Origin: Thecamonas trahens ATCC 50062
Taxonomy: Eukaryota; Protista; Apusomonadida
Assembly: GCF_000142905.1 (NCBI RefSeq)
Contig: NW_013657658.1
Span: 392,872 to 456,871, forward strand
DNA: 64,000 bases
Direction of reading: 5' to 3'
A model generated the notes under the pieces. It was not told the DNA's origin. It worked only from the letters and a program-made list of their open reading frames with translations, and did no database searches. Shown here piece after piece: positions 36,601 to 48,600 of the stretch. Position 1 is the stretch's first letter, and each line of letters begins with the position of its first letter. The translations under genes were made by a program, and so were the position numbers.

Positions 36601-39600
36601 CACGTTGCCGCCGTAGAGCGTGATGCGCCCGGCGGTCCCAGCCCAGATGCCATGCCGAAGGTTGGCAGCAATGGCGGCGTCGTCGTGCACCTCGAGCGCA
36701 CCGCTGGCCAGGACGACAACGCCGTCGAGCCCGTTTCGCGTGATGAAGCTGCTCGGGCCGGCGACAAGTGTGGGCGTGCCGGAGGGACCTTCGACCACCA
36801 GCCCGTTGCGGGCATTGGCTTCGATGGTGCCCGCGGTCATGTTGAGGAGCGCACCGACGCCGACAACGTAGAGTCCGTCGCCAGTAGCGCCAGAAACACG
36901 GCCGCCAGCCAAGTCAAAGACACTGACAAGACCAGCGGTGCCATCGACGGTGACAGCGGCGCCGCGGACGGATCCAGACGAGGCCGAGACGCTGCCGAGT
37001 AGGCCGAGGACGGCGCGCCCGCCGCGGACGGCGACGCCACCACCCAGACCCCCAGCAGTGGCGTTGGTGAGCGCAGAGTTGATGACTGCATAGCCGTCGG
37101 GACCGACGGCCACACTTCCGCCGTCGGCGCCGGCGACGTTGGCGTGGATGGCAGCACTACCGGACGAGCCAAAGGTGGCGTCGGCGATAAAGACGGCACC
37201 GCCATGTCGGCCGGCAGTGTTGGCCGTGACCGAAGCAGAGGCTTGGACGGATATCGCGCCACGGCCGATGGCGCAAAGGCCGCCGCCGTCCTGTCCGGCG
37301 GTGTTGGTCTCGATCGCGACCGAGTCGGTAACGAGCACGGCACCGGCGGCAAGGACTGCGATGCCGCCGCCGTCGGCGGTTGCGGAGCAGTTGGTGACCA
37401 GAGCGTTGTCGCGGAGCTCAAGCATGCCACCGGCAGCGGCGACCGCGAGGCACCCACCACTGGCGGCAGAGCAGTGAGCGACAACGACGTCAGTGCCGAG
37501 GACAATGAGGCCCGAGGCCGCCGCGAGGCCGCCTCCAGCCACCGCAGCCGACGAGTGAGTGACTGTTGATGAGACCAGCTCCATTCTCTGGCCAGCTTCG
37601 GTCGAGGCGTTGGCCCAGAGGCCACCACCAGCACCGTTGCTGGAACAGTGAGTGACAAGCGAGTGCGAGAGGCTGACGAGGCCTGGCCCGTTCTGGGCCA
37701 CTCCACCGCCACCCAGACCGGCGGAACATGCCGAGATGTTGGTGGCGGCAGCGACCGAGATCGAGGCACCAGAGTCAGCGTAGAGTCCACCGCCATGGCC
37801 TCCAGCCGAGCAGGAGACCACGGTGGCGCTGACGAGCTCAATGAGCGCCGACGAGCCAGAAGCAGCACCGCCACCACCGACAGTGGCAGAGCAGGCAGTT
37901 ATGGTGCCGTTAAAGGCGACGGAGCCGCCGGCGGCGGCAAAGAGGCCACCACCGGTGCTCGAGGCGGAGCACGACTCGATGCGGGTCGACGAGGGTGCCA
38001 AGATGGAGCCGGAGGTACTGGCACCGATGCCGCCGCCGCGGACAGCCGAGCAAGCATCGATGGCGCCTGCGACGTTGATGATACCGGATGACTGAGCCCA
38101 GGCGGCGCCTCCGGCGTCCGAGGCATGGCAGTTTGTGACGCGGGTTGTCGCGACGAGGTGGACGACGCCAGCGTCCGTGGCGCCGGCACCACCGCCGCGC
38201 GCGGCAGAGCAGTCTGAGATGACGACGCCAGCTGCGAGATGGACAGAGCCGGTAGATGCGGCGGCGACGCCACCGCCGAGGCCAGTTGCAGCAGAGCAGT
38301 TGTGGACAGGTCCAACAGAGAGAACGACCGAGGCGGACAGTTCAGCGTAGGCTCCGCCGCCGGCATACACGGCCACGTTGGCTTCCAGCGATGCGTCCGG
38401 ATGACCGGCAAGCCACAGCAGGGTCGAGCCCGAGCCCGAGGCATAGAGACCGCCGCCATAGTCTGCGACATTCCGGATGACACGAGTGGCGTTGGTGGCG
38501 CGGACGAGACCACCGCTGAGGGCCTGCAGACCGGAGCCGGCGTTGTCCATGATCCACGACGAGCCTCGGAGCTCGACCGAGGCGCCATCGGCGGCGACGA
38601 TGCCGCCACCGGCGACCGAGTCGCGGACGACGACGTCGACGAGGACGACTGAGGCGGCATTGCCTGCGGCGAGGCCTGCGCCGGCGGTGGCGTTGTTGGC
38701 GGCAAAGGTGAGCGCGGTGGCGTTGAGCTCGCCGGCAACGTAGACGCCGCCGCCGAACGACGCGTTGCGGGCCTCGTTGGCAGAAAAGGTCATGTGAGTC
38801 ATGACGACGGCTGCACCTGGGGCGATGACCAGCCCGCCGCCGTGGCTCTCACTCACGCAACGGGTGATGGTGAAGCCACTGACGTCCTCGCGGCCAACAA
38901 GGGTGAGGAACGGACCATCGGCACCAGTACAGTCGACGACAACGTCGGCGACGTCTGGCTCGACGGAGCGGAGGACAACGTCCAGGCTTGCTGGCGATGA
39001 GAGACGAGCATTGCGCGGGCCCGAGTAGGAGCCAGCTCTGGCAAAGATGCGATGGTGCTCAAAGTATGCGTTAGCGAGCGCGCAGCCAAAGGAGGCACAG
39101 CCCGGCGACGAGGGCGAGTAGGGCGGCGACTGGTTGCAGACGCACGAGCCGTCCTCTGAGCCGGCAGCGGCGTCGACCCAGATCGGCTCGACAAATTTGA
39201 AGATACAGTCTGCGGCGGCATCGTCAATGCACTCACTGGTGGCAGCGAGGCCGTTGACGTCGACGACGGTGACGACGACCGGGTGCGACGCGTTGCCGCC
39301 GGCGACGTCGCACAGGATATGGGTCTCGTTGGCCGAGGCGACGATGCACGGGTGCGGGCCGAGGTCAACGGTGGTGTTGACAGGGGCGGCAGAGAAGCCC
39401 CGCCCGGCGATGGTGAGGCGGGTGGTGAGGTCGTAGAGTGCGGCGCGTGGCTGGATGGAGTGAATCTCGGGGACACGTGCGAGGCCGCAACCAGAAGGGT
39501 TGATGCACTCGGCGGTGATGCCCTGGACGATGACGATGACGCTGCCGACGACAATGGTGGCATCGGCCTGCGGCGGAAGGCAGACGAGCGTCGTGGCGTT

Positions 39601-42600
39601 CGCCTCTTGCACGGGGCACGGCACGCCGCCGAGCCAGGCCTCGAGCTCGGAGAGCGGGGCATCAAAGCCGGCGCCGTCGACCACAACGACCACACCCGGG
39701 CCGGAGCCAACCGGGACGCGGGCGGTGACGCTTGCGATCTCGGGCACGACGGTGATGTTGCAGGCGAGCGAGGTGTTGCAGACCCAGGGAAGCGAGTCCA
39801 TGCCGCCGGCGAGAACGTACTCACCGCCGGTCACATAGCGGGTGGCGGCAACGAGGACGGCGATTGAGTCGGCGCCATCACGGAGGTCCCAGGCGACGCC
39901 GCCGACGGAGACCAGGGTCGGCACATCGGTGAGGTTGGCGGCAAAGCCGTAGCCTGCAAGGGTGACGTTGTCGCGACCAGAGGCGTAGACACGGGACGGC
40001 GCGACTGACGAGACGGTCGGGTGCGCGTTAAAGCCACACCCCAAGGCCGAGGCGTCGCACACGTACGGGCGGCCATGGGTCTCAAGCTGTAGGGTGCGGA
40101 CGCGGGCGAGGCCCGGTGGAGTAAGACAGAGCAGAGAGGTAAAGTTGACCGAGATGATAGCGCACGACAGGTTGGGGCGAGGACGACCGAGTGGCGGCTT
40201 GGATCGCTGGCAAAGCCGGTGCCGCGGATGTCGATGGTGACACCGCCCGAAGCGAGGCCGACAGCCGGAGTCATGGATGTGACGCGGGCGAGGACCTCGT
40301 AGCTGCAGACCCCGGGAGGGCAGGCCCAGGTGGCGTTGCGACCGGTGATGCGGACATCGTACGCGCCAGCCACGGCGGCGTCCGGCACGCAGGTGAGGTG
40401 GGTAAAGTTGGCGGCAGCGACGATGCAGGCGACCGATTCGGGCCCAGGGCCGCCGAGGAGGTCAAACCAGACTGCAAAGTCGGGTGCAAAGCCGCGGCCG
40501 GTAAAGACGACCGGGTCGCCGCCGGGCGCCTCGCCGACGCGCGGGGCCTGGGCATCGACGACGAGCGCGATGGTGAGGTTGCAGCCACCGGGGCAGGCGT
40601 CGACGGCGGCGATGCCATGGACCTCGACCGCAACCATGTAGTGGCCAGCTGGCCACTGGGGGTGACGCAGCTTGCGTTGACGAGCGAGGACGGGGGCGCG
40701 AGCGGCAGACAGGCGACAGCGTCTACAGCGGCAACACCGCCACTCGAGTCGAGGCCGTGGAAGGCAAACGCGTTCGGAGAGACGAGCGTGGGGTCAAAGC
40801 CGGTGCCGAGGAGTGTGACCAGTTCGCCGCCGGCCGGGTCGATGGCGGCCGGCGTGACAGCCGTGAGCGAGGGAACGACAACAAAGGCACAAGCGGCGTC
40901 CGAGACGCAGCGCGCGGGGTAGTCGGCGGCGACAACGACCGAGGCGTTGGTGGCGACACCGCGGGCCGGAGGCCGGATGCAGACGATGGTGGTCTCGTTG
41001 GCAGAGACGAGGCTGCACGGCAGCCCGTCGAGGCTCACGGCGTTGTCGCCGACGGAAGGGACAAAGCCGGCGCCGTCGACGACCAGCGCGTCCGAGCCTA
41101 CAGCGGGCCCAGAGACCGGCAGCAGTTTGTCGACGAGAGCGACGACAACGATGGTGCAGTCGGCGCCGACTGAACACTCGGCCTCGGCGCCGACTAGGTT
41201 CATGTAGACCTTGACGACATAGTGGCCGACGACCAGGGGCGGCGAGGTGCAGTTGAGCTGAGTCTCAGAGGCGGCGACAACGGTGCAGTTGCCGGTGGCC
41301 GACGGGACAGCGGCAGCGGCCGGACCAGCCAGCGGCTCGAATGCGACATAGGCGACACCGGAGCCGGAAGCGCCAAAGCCGCGACCAGTGATGCGGACGA
41401 GCTCGCCGGCGCGGACACCGACGTCGGCCGGAGCAACGTCGTCGATGACAGCCACTGCGGTCCAGGTGACTGGCAGCGCGGCGGGGGTGAGGTAGGCAAA
41501 GGGCGGCGCGTTTGTAGCCGGCAGCGAGACCGAGACGTTGTAGACGGCCGGCTCGACGGTCCCGACAATGTCGCAGGTGAGGGCGCCGAGGGTGATGTCG
41601 CTCGTGTTGGCGACGACGCACGAGACGTTGGCCAGAGTGTTGGCGTGTGGGACCAGCCAGATCTCGACGCCTGGTGCAAAGCCATGGCCGGCGAGCGAGA
41701 GTGTGAGGTTGGCGTTGGCAGACGAGATGGCAGGGACAACGCTCGCGACGCCGCCGATGCGCTGGTAGCTACAGGCTGGAGTGATGGCGCACGGAACGCG
41801 CGTGCCGCCGTTCCACATCTGCAGCTCGAAAACGCCTGCGCGGCCGGGCGGGACGATGCAGGAGACTTCGTCTGGCGAGGCGTTGCCGTATCCGTCGAGG
41901 GCGGAAAAAGCAAGGTAGTCAACGGCGACGACGCAACGGGAAGCGTTGCCGACCACCCGCACTTCTAGCAGCTCACCACCTGTGACGAGCACTGAGCTTG
42001 CGGTGGCGAGAAGGTTAGCGGTGTCGAGCCAGGCGCCGGCAAAGTCGGCACTGAGGACGACGTTGCCGCCGATGGCCAGGCTGACGCTGCAGCTTGCGTC
42101 AGTCTCATTGCCTGCGGCGGTGACCGAGTAGCCGAAGGAGATGTTGTGGGTGCCGTAGTAGAGGTCGGCGTCGAGGTACTCGGACCATGCGGCGTCGGCG
42201 ACGAGGATGTTGTCTGCGTACGAGGTGTTGCGGACAGTGGCGGAAGAGGCTGCGGTCGGGAGCGGAGCGCATACCTCGCCGTCGATAACAATCTGCGACC
42301 GCGGGCCCGAGGTCATGAGCGGCTGGAGGCCGTCGCCATGGACAACAAGGGTGTTGCCGCCCGAGGCAGGCGCGGCTTGAGGCAGGAGCGCGGTGATGTT
42401 GTGGGTAAAGTCAAAGACGGCGGCGGACGAGTCAACGACAAAGCTGAGCGCGTCGGGCCAGGAGACGGCGAGGTTGAGCGGGCCCGAGTTGGGAAGCCCT
42501 GGGCCAACAACGACACACTGCATCGGGCCGGTGAGGCCTCCCGAGACAACCGGGCGACAGGTGAGCGAGCCAAGAGCAATGACCACGTCTGCGTAGGCCG

Positions 42601-45600
42601 CCGACGAGATGTTTGTCGGCCAGCCGATGCCGTCGAGGGTGACGAGAGTGCCGACACCGCCAGAGGAGGGAGTGAGGGCCGAGATGGCACCCGAGTACAC
42701 AAAATCGCAGGAGGCGGCGTTGCAAGTTGCGGCGGCGCCGTAAGCGACGGTGAGTGAGACGCCCGAAAACGGGCCGGCCTGGTGGTGAGCGAGCTCGCAC
42801 TCGAGGGTGGTGGCTGCCGAGGCGATGACGGTGCACGGCAGGCCGTGGGCGACGACCGCCAGCTCGGAAATGACAGGTGAAAAGCCTGAGCCAACGAGGG
42901 TGAGGATCGCGCCGCCTGCCGACGATCCGACTTGCGGGATGATCGAGTCAATGCGCGGGAGGGTGACAAAGGCACATGCGTAGCTCGAGGAGACGTTGCA
43001 GGTGGCGTTGGCGCCAAATGCCGCGCCGTGACCAAAGGCCTGGACCTCTACGGCCCGCACACGGCCGTCGAGGCCGGGTGGGAGAGTGACGTTGAGGGAG
43101 GCGTCAGCGGTGGCGGTGATGACGAGGTTACCGACGCCGGCGAGGGCGACACGGAGGCTTGACGGCGAGGTACCAAATCCAGCACCGACAATCTGCAGCG
43201 TGTCGACCGAGGCTTCGGCGGCCTGTGGGAGGAGGGCGTCGATGCGCGGGAGGTAGGCAAAGTGACAGGCCGGGATGGCGGAGCTCGACGGGGCCGAGGC
43301 GGCACAGAGCGAGCCGGCGCCACCGTCGTTGAGCTCGACGGCGACCGGATAGACACCGCCTGCAACGTTGCCTGCAGTGATGCAGGCGACAGCGGCGTGA
43401 CCGACTGAGGCGAGCTCACAGGCGATGGAACCGATGCGAACGCGCGTAACGCGCGGGGCCTCAAAGCCGACACCAGTGAGGTTGAGCAGGGTGCCGCCGT
43501 CGACGCCACCGGACGAGGTCGACAGCGAGAGAACCTCCCCGACATAGTACGGTGAGCAGGAAGAGGCGTAGCCTGGCGATGCAGAGACGTTACAGGCAAA
43601 GGAAGCCATACCGTTGTTGGTCATGGTGAGCGTGCCGAGGCCGCCGATGCCGCCGACAGCGGCGGGCACGGTGCAGACTGCAGTGTCGCCGGCGGGGGTG
43701 ACCGAGAGTGCGGCGCAGGCGACGCCGCCGAGGCGAACGTCTGCACCGGCGACAAAGCCGGCACCAGTGAGGGTGAGCTGGCTCCCACCGGTAACGCCGA
43801 GCAGGACCGGATCGAGGGCGGCGACAACCGGCTCAAAGTCGACGGTGGACGACGAGCGGATGGCTGCGGCGGCACCACGGACCTCGACGGCGGCGAGGCC
43901 GACCGCGAGGGCAGCACGGCCAGGCTCGACCCTGCAGATGACGGCGGTGTTGTTGGCGGAGAGCGGGGTGCAGCTGACACTGCCGTCGAGCGGGTGGGCG
44001 AGGGTGATGTTGATGTCGCCCAGGATGGAGCCAAAGCCGATGCCGGTGAGGACGATGGACGAGTCGCCAGCGCTGGAGACGATCGAGCCGCCGCCGACGA
44101 CGGCGAGGGCGTCAACGACGGCCTCTGCGTAGGTTACGGCGCACCCGGGACCCTCGCAGACGGCAAGGAGGCCCGAGATAGCGAGGCTGAGCGGGGCGGC
44201 ACCGTTGGTTGGCGACGGCCCGGAGGAGCAGAGCAGCTGGGAAGGCGAGACGTACGTGACGTTGCATGCCACACCGCCGAGGGTGAGGTTGTAGGCCGCG
44301 AGCGGGAGGCTCGAGTCAAAGCCCTCGCCGGCGATGCTCAGGACCTCACCGCCCTGGGCGACGATGTGGGCGGGGGCGATGGCAGTGATGACCGGGAGGA
44401 GGGCGAGCGAGAGCGCGGCGTCGCCGAGCGCGCGGCGGGAGTGGACCTCGAGCTCGAGGCCGTAGTTGCCAACGACGTAGGTGGCGTTTGCAATGGTGCA
44501 GTGGAGGGTGTGCGGGCCAATGACGGAGAGCGAGGCGCAGGGCGAGCCGCCGAAGCGGGCGGCGTGCGAAGCGTTGACACCGGCCTCAAAGCCAAAGCCG
44601 GAGATGGTGATGGTGCCGCCACGGACAGTGATCGAGGCGGGCGCAATGGACGAGGCGACTGGGTCGACGTCGACGACACAGCCGCCGGCGACGAGGCAGT
44701 CGGCGGCCTGGCCGCCCTCGTCGTACTCAACAGTGTAGCCAGCTGATCCGACGGCCTCGTCGCAGAGCACGACGAGGGAAGTATCGGTGGAGAGGCCGCC
44801 GTTGACGGTACAGGGAATGAGGTCGGCCGGGGCGGCGACGATGCCAGGCTCACGGATGCCGAGGGTGGTGACGCCAGTAAAGCCTTGACCCGCGAGGGTG
44901 AGTGCGAGCGAGCCGTCGGCGGCGATGGCTGTCGGCGCGACGGCCTCGATGAGGGCGACTGAGCTCTCAAACGAGCAGGCGAAGCAAGTGGCATCGACGC
45001 CACGGGTGACGACATACACGATGTAGGTACCATAGAACGAGCGCGGGTAGTCTGGGCGACAGGAGAGGGCGGTGCCGTTGGCGGCGGCGGCCGAGACAGA
45101 GCAGTTGAGGCGCTCGCCGCTGGCAACCGAGACGATGGTGACGTTCGAGACAGTACCAAAGCCGTAGCCAGAGAGCAGCAGAGAGGCGGCTGGGTCGTTG
45201 GCGACGAGCCAGGGCGGGGAGACGGATGCGAGCTCGCCGCGACCGATCCAGGAGCATACAGGGTCTGAGCAGCGGGCGGCGCCAACGCGAACCTGACCGA
45301 GCCCGGCAACGAAGCCGGTGCCCATGGTGCAGGTGAGGTGTGTACGGTTGAGTGCTGCAACGTCACATGTCTGCGAGGTCTCTGCGACTGTGACACCCCC
45401 GAAGCCGCGGCGATGTCGAGGCCGCAGCCTGTGATGGCGACGGCGACACCGCCAGCCATGGAGCCGGAGCCGGGCAGGACCGAGGTGACTTCGGCGACGA
45501 CTGCGAGGTCACAGGCACCGGGGCTGACGCAGGTGGAGTTGAGGCCAGAGACGGAGACGTAGAGCTGGCCGGCCCAGACAGCAAGCGCGTCCGAGACAAC

Positions 45601-48600
45601 ACACTCAAAGGCTGTGGACGAGAACGAGCCGGTGTCGATGACGCAGCCATCGGGCGAGCCGCCGAAGATGACGGCGACGTCAGCAGGATCGGGGCCAAAG
45701 CCAAAGCCCTCGAGACGGAGGCGCTCGCCGCCGCAGGCGGAGACCTGGCGGTCTGTGCCGGCCAGGACAGCGACGCGCTGGAGGAGGACACCAAAGGTGT
45801 CGACCGAGGCGGAGCCGGATGCGGCGACGGACTCGGTGAAGATCTCGATGGGCTGGGAACCAACCGGGACGGCCGGCATGACGGCCTCGATGGTGGTAAA
45901 GTTGGCGGCGGCGACGGTGGCATTGACGCCACCGATGACGACGGTCAAGTTAGTCGAGCCGGCGCCGACAAAGCCGGCGCCAGAGATGACGACAATCTCG
46001 CCGCCGCCCGACCAGGCCCTATCGGGCGTCGAGGCGTCGACAACGGCCGGCAGCGTAATGGAACAGGGGAGCGCCGACGGGCTGCAGGCAAGGTTAGCAA
46101 CGCCAACAGCGCCGATGCCAAAGATGCCGCCGCCGAGGTTGGCAGGAAGCTCACAGACGGCATACGAGTCGTTGACAAATGTCGACGAGGCACAGGGAAC
46201 GGCGTCAAGGACGAGGTCAGTGAGTGCGGGCGCAGCAAAACCGATGCCCGAGACAACGACGGACCGCGGCGACGAGGCGGCATCAAAGAGGATGGCGTGG
46301 ATGGCAAACTGGTAGTCAAAGGCGGCGAGAAGCTCGCCGCGTGCAGAGCCAGTGATGTTGACGTCGACGAGGCCGGCGACGTTTGCAGAGCCGACAGTGC
46401 ATTCGGCGGCTGTGTAGGAGACGGCTGTGACGGTGCATGCGACGCCGCCGACGGTGATGTTGAGGTCGGCGAGCGAGTCGACAAAGCCCTCGCCAGAGAC
46501 AGTGAGGGTGTAGCCGCCCGAGACAGAGCCTGCGGTAGGCGCGATGCTTGTGATGAGGACGTCGACGGCCTCAATCGAGCAGGCACCCACGCAGATGGAA
46601 GGGGTATCGTGAACGGTGACAACCACGTCTCCGACGGTCCCGACCGAGAGATCGGCCGCGAGGGTGCAGGTGAGGAGCGTGGCGTTGATGGCGACGACGG
46701 TGCACGGGGCGGCGGCGACCGAGACGGCGACGGCGTCTGAGACATTGCCAAAAAGCGAGCCAGAGACGAAGAGAGTGTCACCGGCCTGGGCGTGGACAAA
46801 GCGAGGGAGGACGCGCTCGACTTGCGGGACGAGGTACCAGCCGACGCCGCGGGCGCCGCCGACGAGGCGGCATCGGTTGGCGAGTTGTAGCGGATGTACG
46901 TCGAGTAGTTACCGGCGATCTCGATGGGCGGAAAGAAGGCAGTGCAGTTGAGTTCGGAGCCGTCCCCGGCGACGGCAACTGCGGTGCAAGCGTGGGCGAG
47001 GCCTGTTGGCCCGGAGACGTCCAGTGTGTGCTTGCCGGGCTCGAGGCCCTCTGCGGCAGCGGCAAACGAGGTGACATTGCCGGAGACGGCGTGGACAACC
47101 ATGGGCGTGACATCAAAGTCGCAGCCTCCGGCGCGGCCGCAGACGGCCGAGACGCCACCCGAGATAACGAGGTCGATGGGCTGACCCAGGCCGACGACGG
47201 CGTCGATGGCCATGACGCAGACGAGGTCTGCAGCGCCGTCGGGGCGGGGGTGGCGGACGAGACCGGGCAGGACCGGCCGGCCAAGGTGACGACGTTGTTG
47301 GCGGCGACAGAGGTGTCAAAGCCGCGGCCGACGAGCGTGACTCGAGTGCCACCGATTTCGGCAAAGGTGATGGGGGCGATGTCGATGAGATAGGCGTCGA
47401 CAACGCCGACGACGAGCGCCGGGCGCCGCCGACGACGTCGAGGGCAGCGGCGAGGTTGTGGCTCCCGCTGGCGACGGAGCAGGAGACATGTGTGTCGTTG
47501 CCGGCCACGGCGGTGCAGGCGCGGCCGTCGAGCGAGACCTGCAGGCCGGACGGGTTAAAACCGATGCCGACGACGGTGATGTCGTCGCCGGCGCTAAGGA
47601 CCGGGGTGGGGAGGACGTAGTCGAGGCGGGCGGTGACATTGACGGCGCACTCGCCAAAGCAGAGCGAGTCGAGGCCGGCGTCCTTGACGACGACGCTCCG
47701 CTCGCCCATGACCATCTGGGTGGTGATGCAGAGGAGGGCGGTGTCGTTGTGAGAGAGGTAGCCGCAGGGGTAGGGCCCGATGTAGGCGATGCTCGAGGGC
47801 GAGAACGAGGTGGCGGCGCCGGTGATGGTGAGGGTCTGCGAGCCGGCGGCCGAGAGTGTGCGCGGGGCGAGGCCGGTAAGAGAGGCAACGACGTCGACGG
47901 CGGTAGCTTCGATGAGGAAGGAGTCGATGTCGACGGCAGCAGCGGGCACGACGCCCGCGCCGCCGTACGCGCATGTGAGCCGAGTGGTGGAGACGAGGAC
48001 GACGTCTTTGCACGGGGCGGCAGCTAGCGAGACGTTGAGGAGGGAGAGGTCGGAGCCAAAGCCGTAGCCGTCGAGGGTGAGGCGGATGTTGCCGGCGATG
48101 TCGACGGCGGACGGGGCGGCGGACTCGACGACGCCTTGGACGTCAACAACGCAGCCGAGGCAGGAAAAGACGTCGAGGGCGTTGGCAGAGACGGAGAGAG
48201 GGAGACCAAGGCCAAAGCGAGGGAGCGGGGCTGTGAGCTGGAAGACGGCATACGAGGCGTTGGACGAGAGGTGGTTGAGGGCAACGCCGTCGAGGGAAGC
48301 AGCGAGACCGGCAGCAAAGCCGGAGCCCCAGATCTGGATGGAGCCTCCGGGACGGGCCTCGATTGCGCCGACGACGGAGGAGACGGTGCCGCGGTAGGCG
48401 AGGCCGGAACAGATGGTGGCGTGGCATGAGGCGTTGGCGGCGCCGGTGATGACGAGCTCGAGGCCTGGGGCGGCGGCAGAGCGCGGGCCCGGCTGACAGG
48501 TGAGCGAGTCAGCGGCGCAGACGAGGGCGTCGCAGGCGGTGCCGCCGATGGCGACTGCGTACGGGGCTGAGCAGTTGAAGTCACCGGAGACGACGAGGAG

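Noticed and set aside
13000-39190. Bacterial (Chlamydia Pmp/autotransporter) gene or contamination
   Set aside because: There is no autotransporter beta-barrel. The repeats are fused to a eukaryotic Cys-rich multi-TM module and a spliced signal exon, and are flanked by FIG4 and an intron-containing CYP51.
17687-47430. Short introns as the explanation for the frame changes in the giant gene
   Set aside because: Repeat motifs continue directly across each junction with only one base missing. There is no extra intervening sequence and no convincing donor/branch/acceptor set.
17687-47430. Canonical programmed -1 ribosomal frameshift signals
   Set aside because: No X XXY YYZ slippery heptamers were seen at the junctions, and eight serial events would give negligible full-length product.
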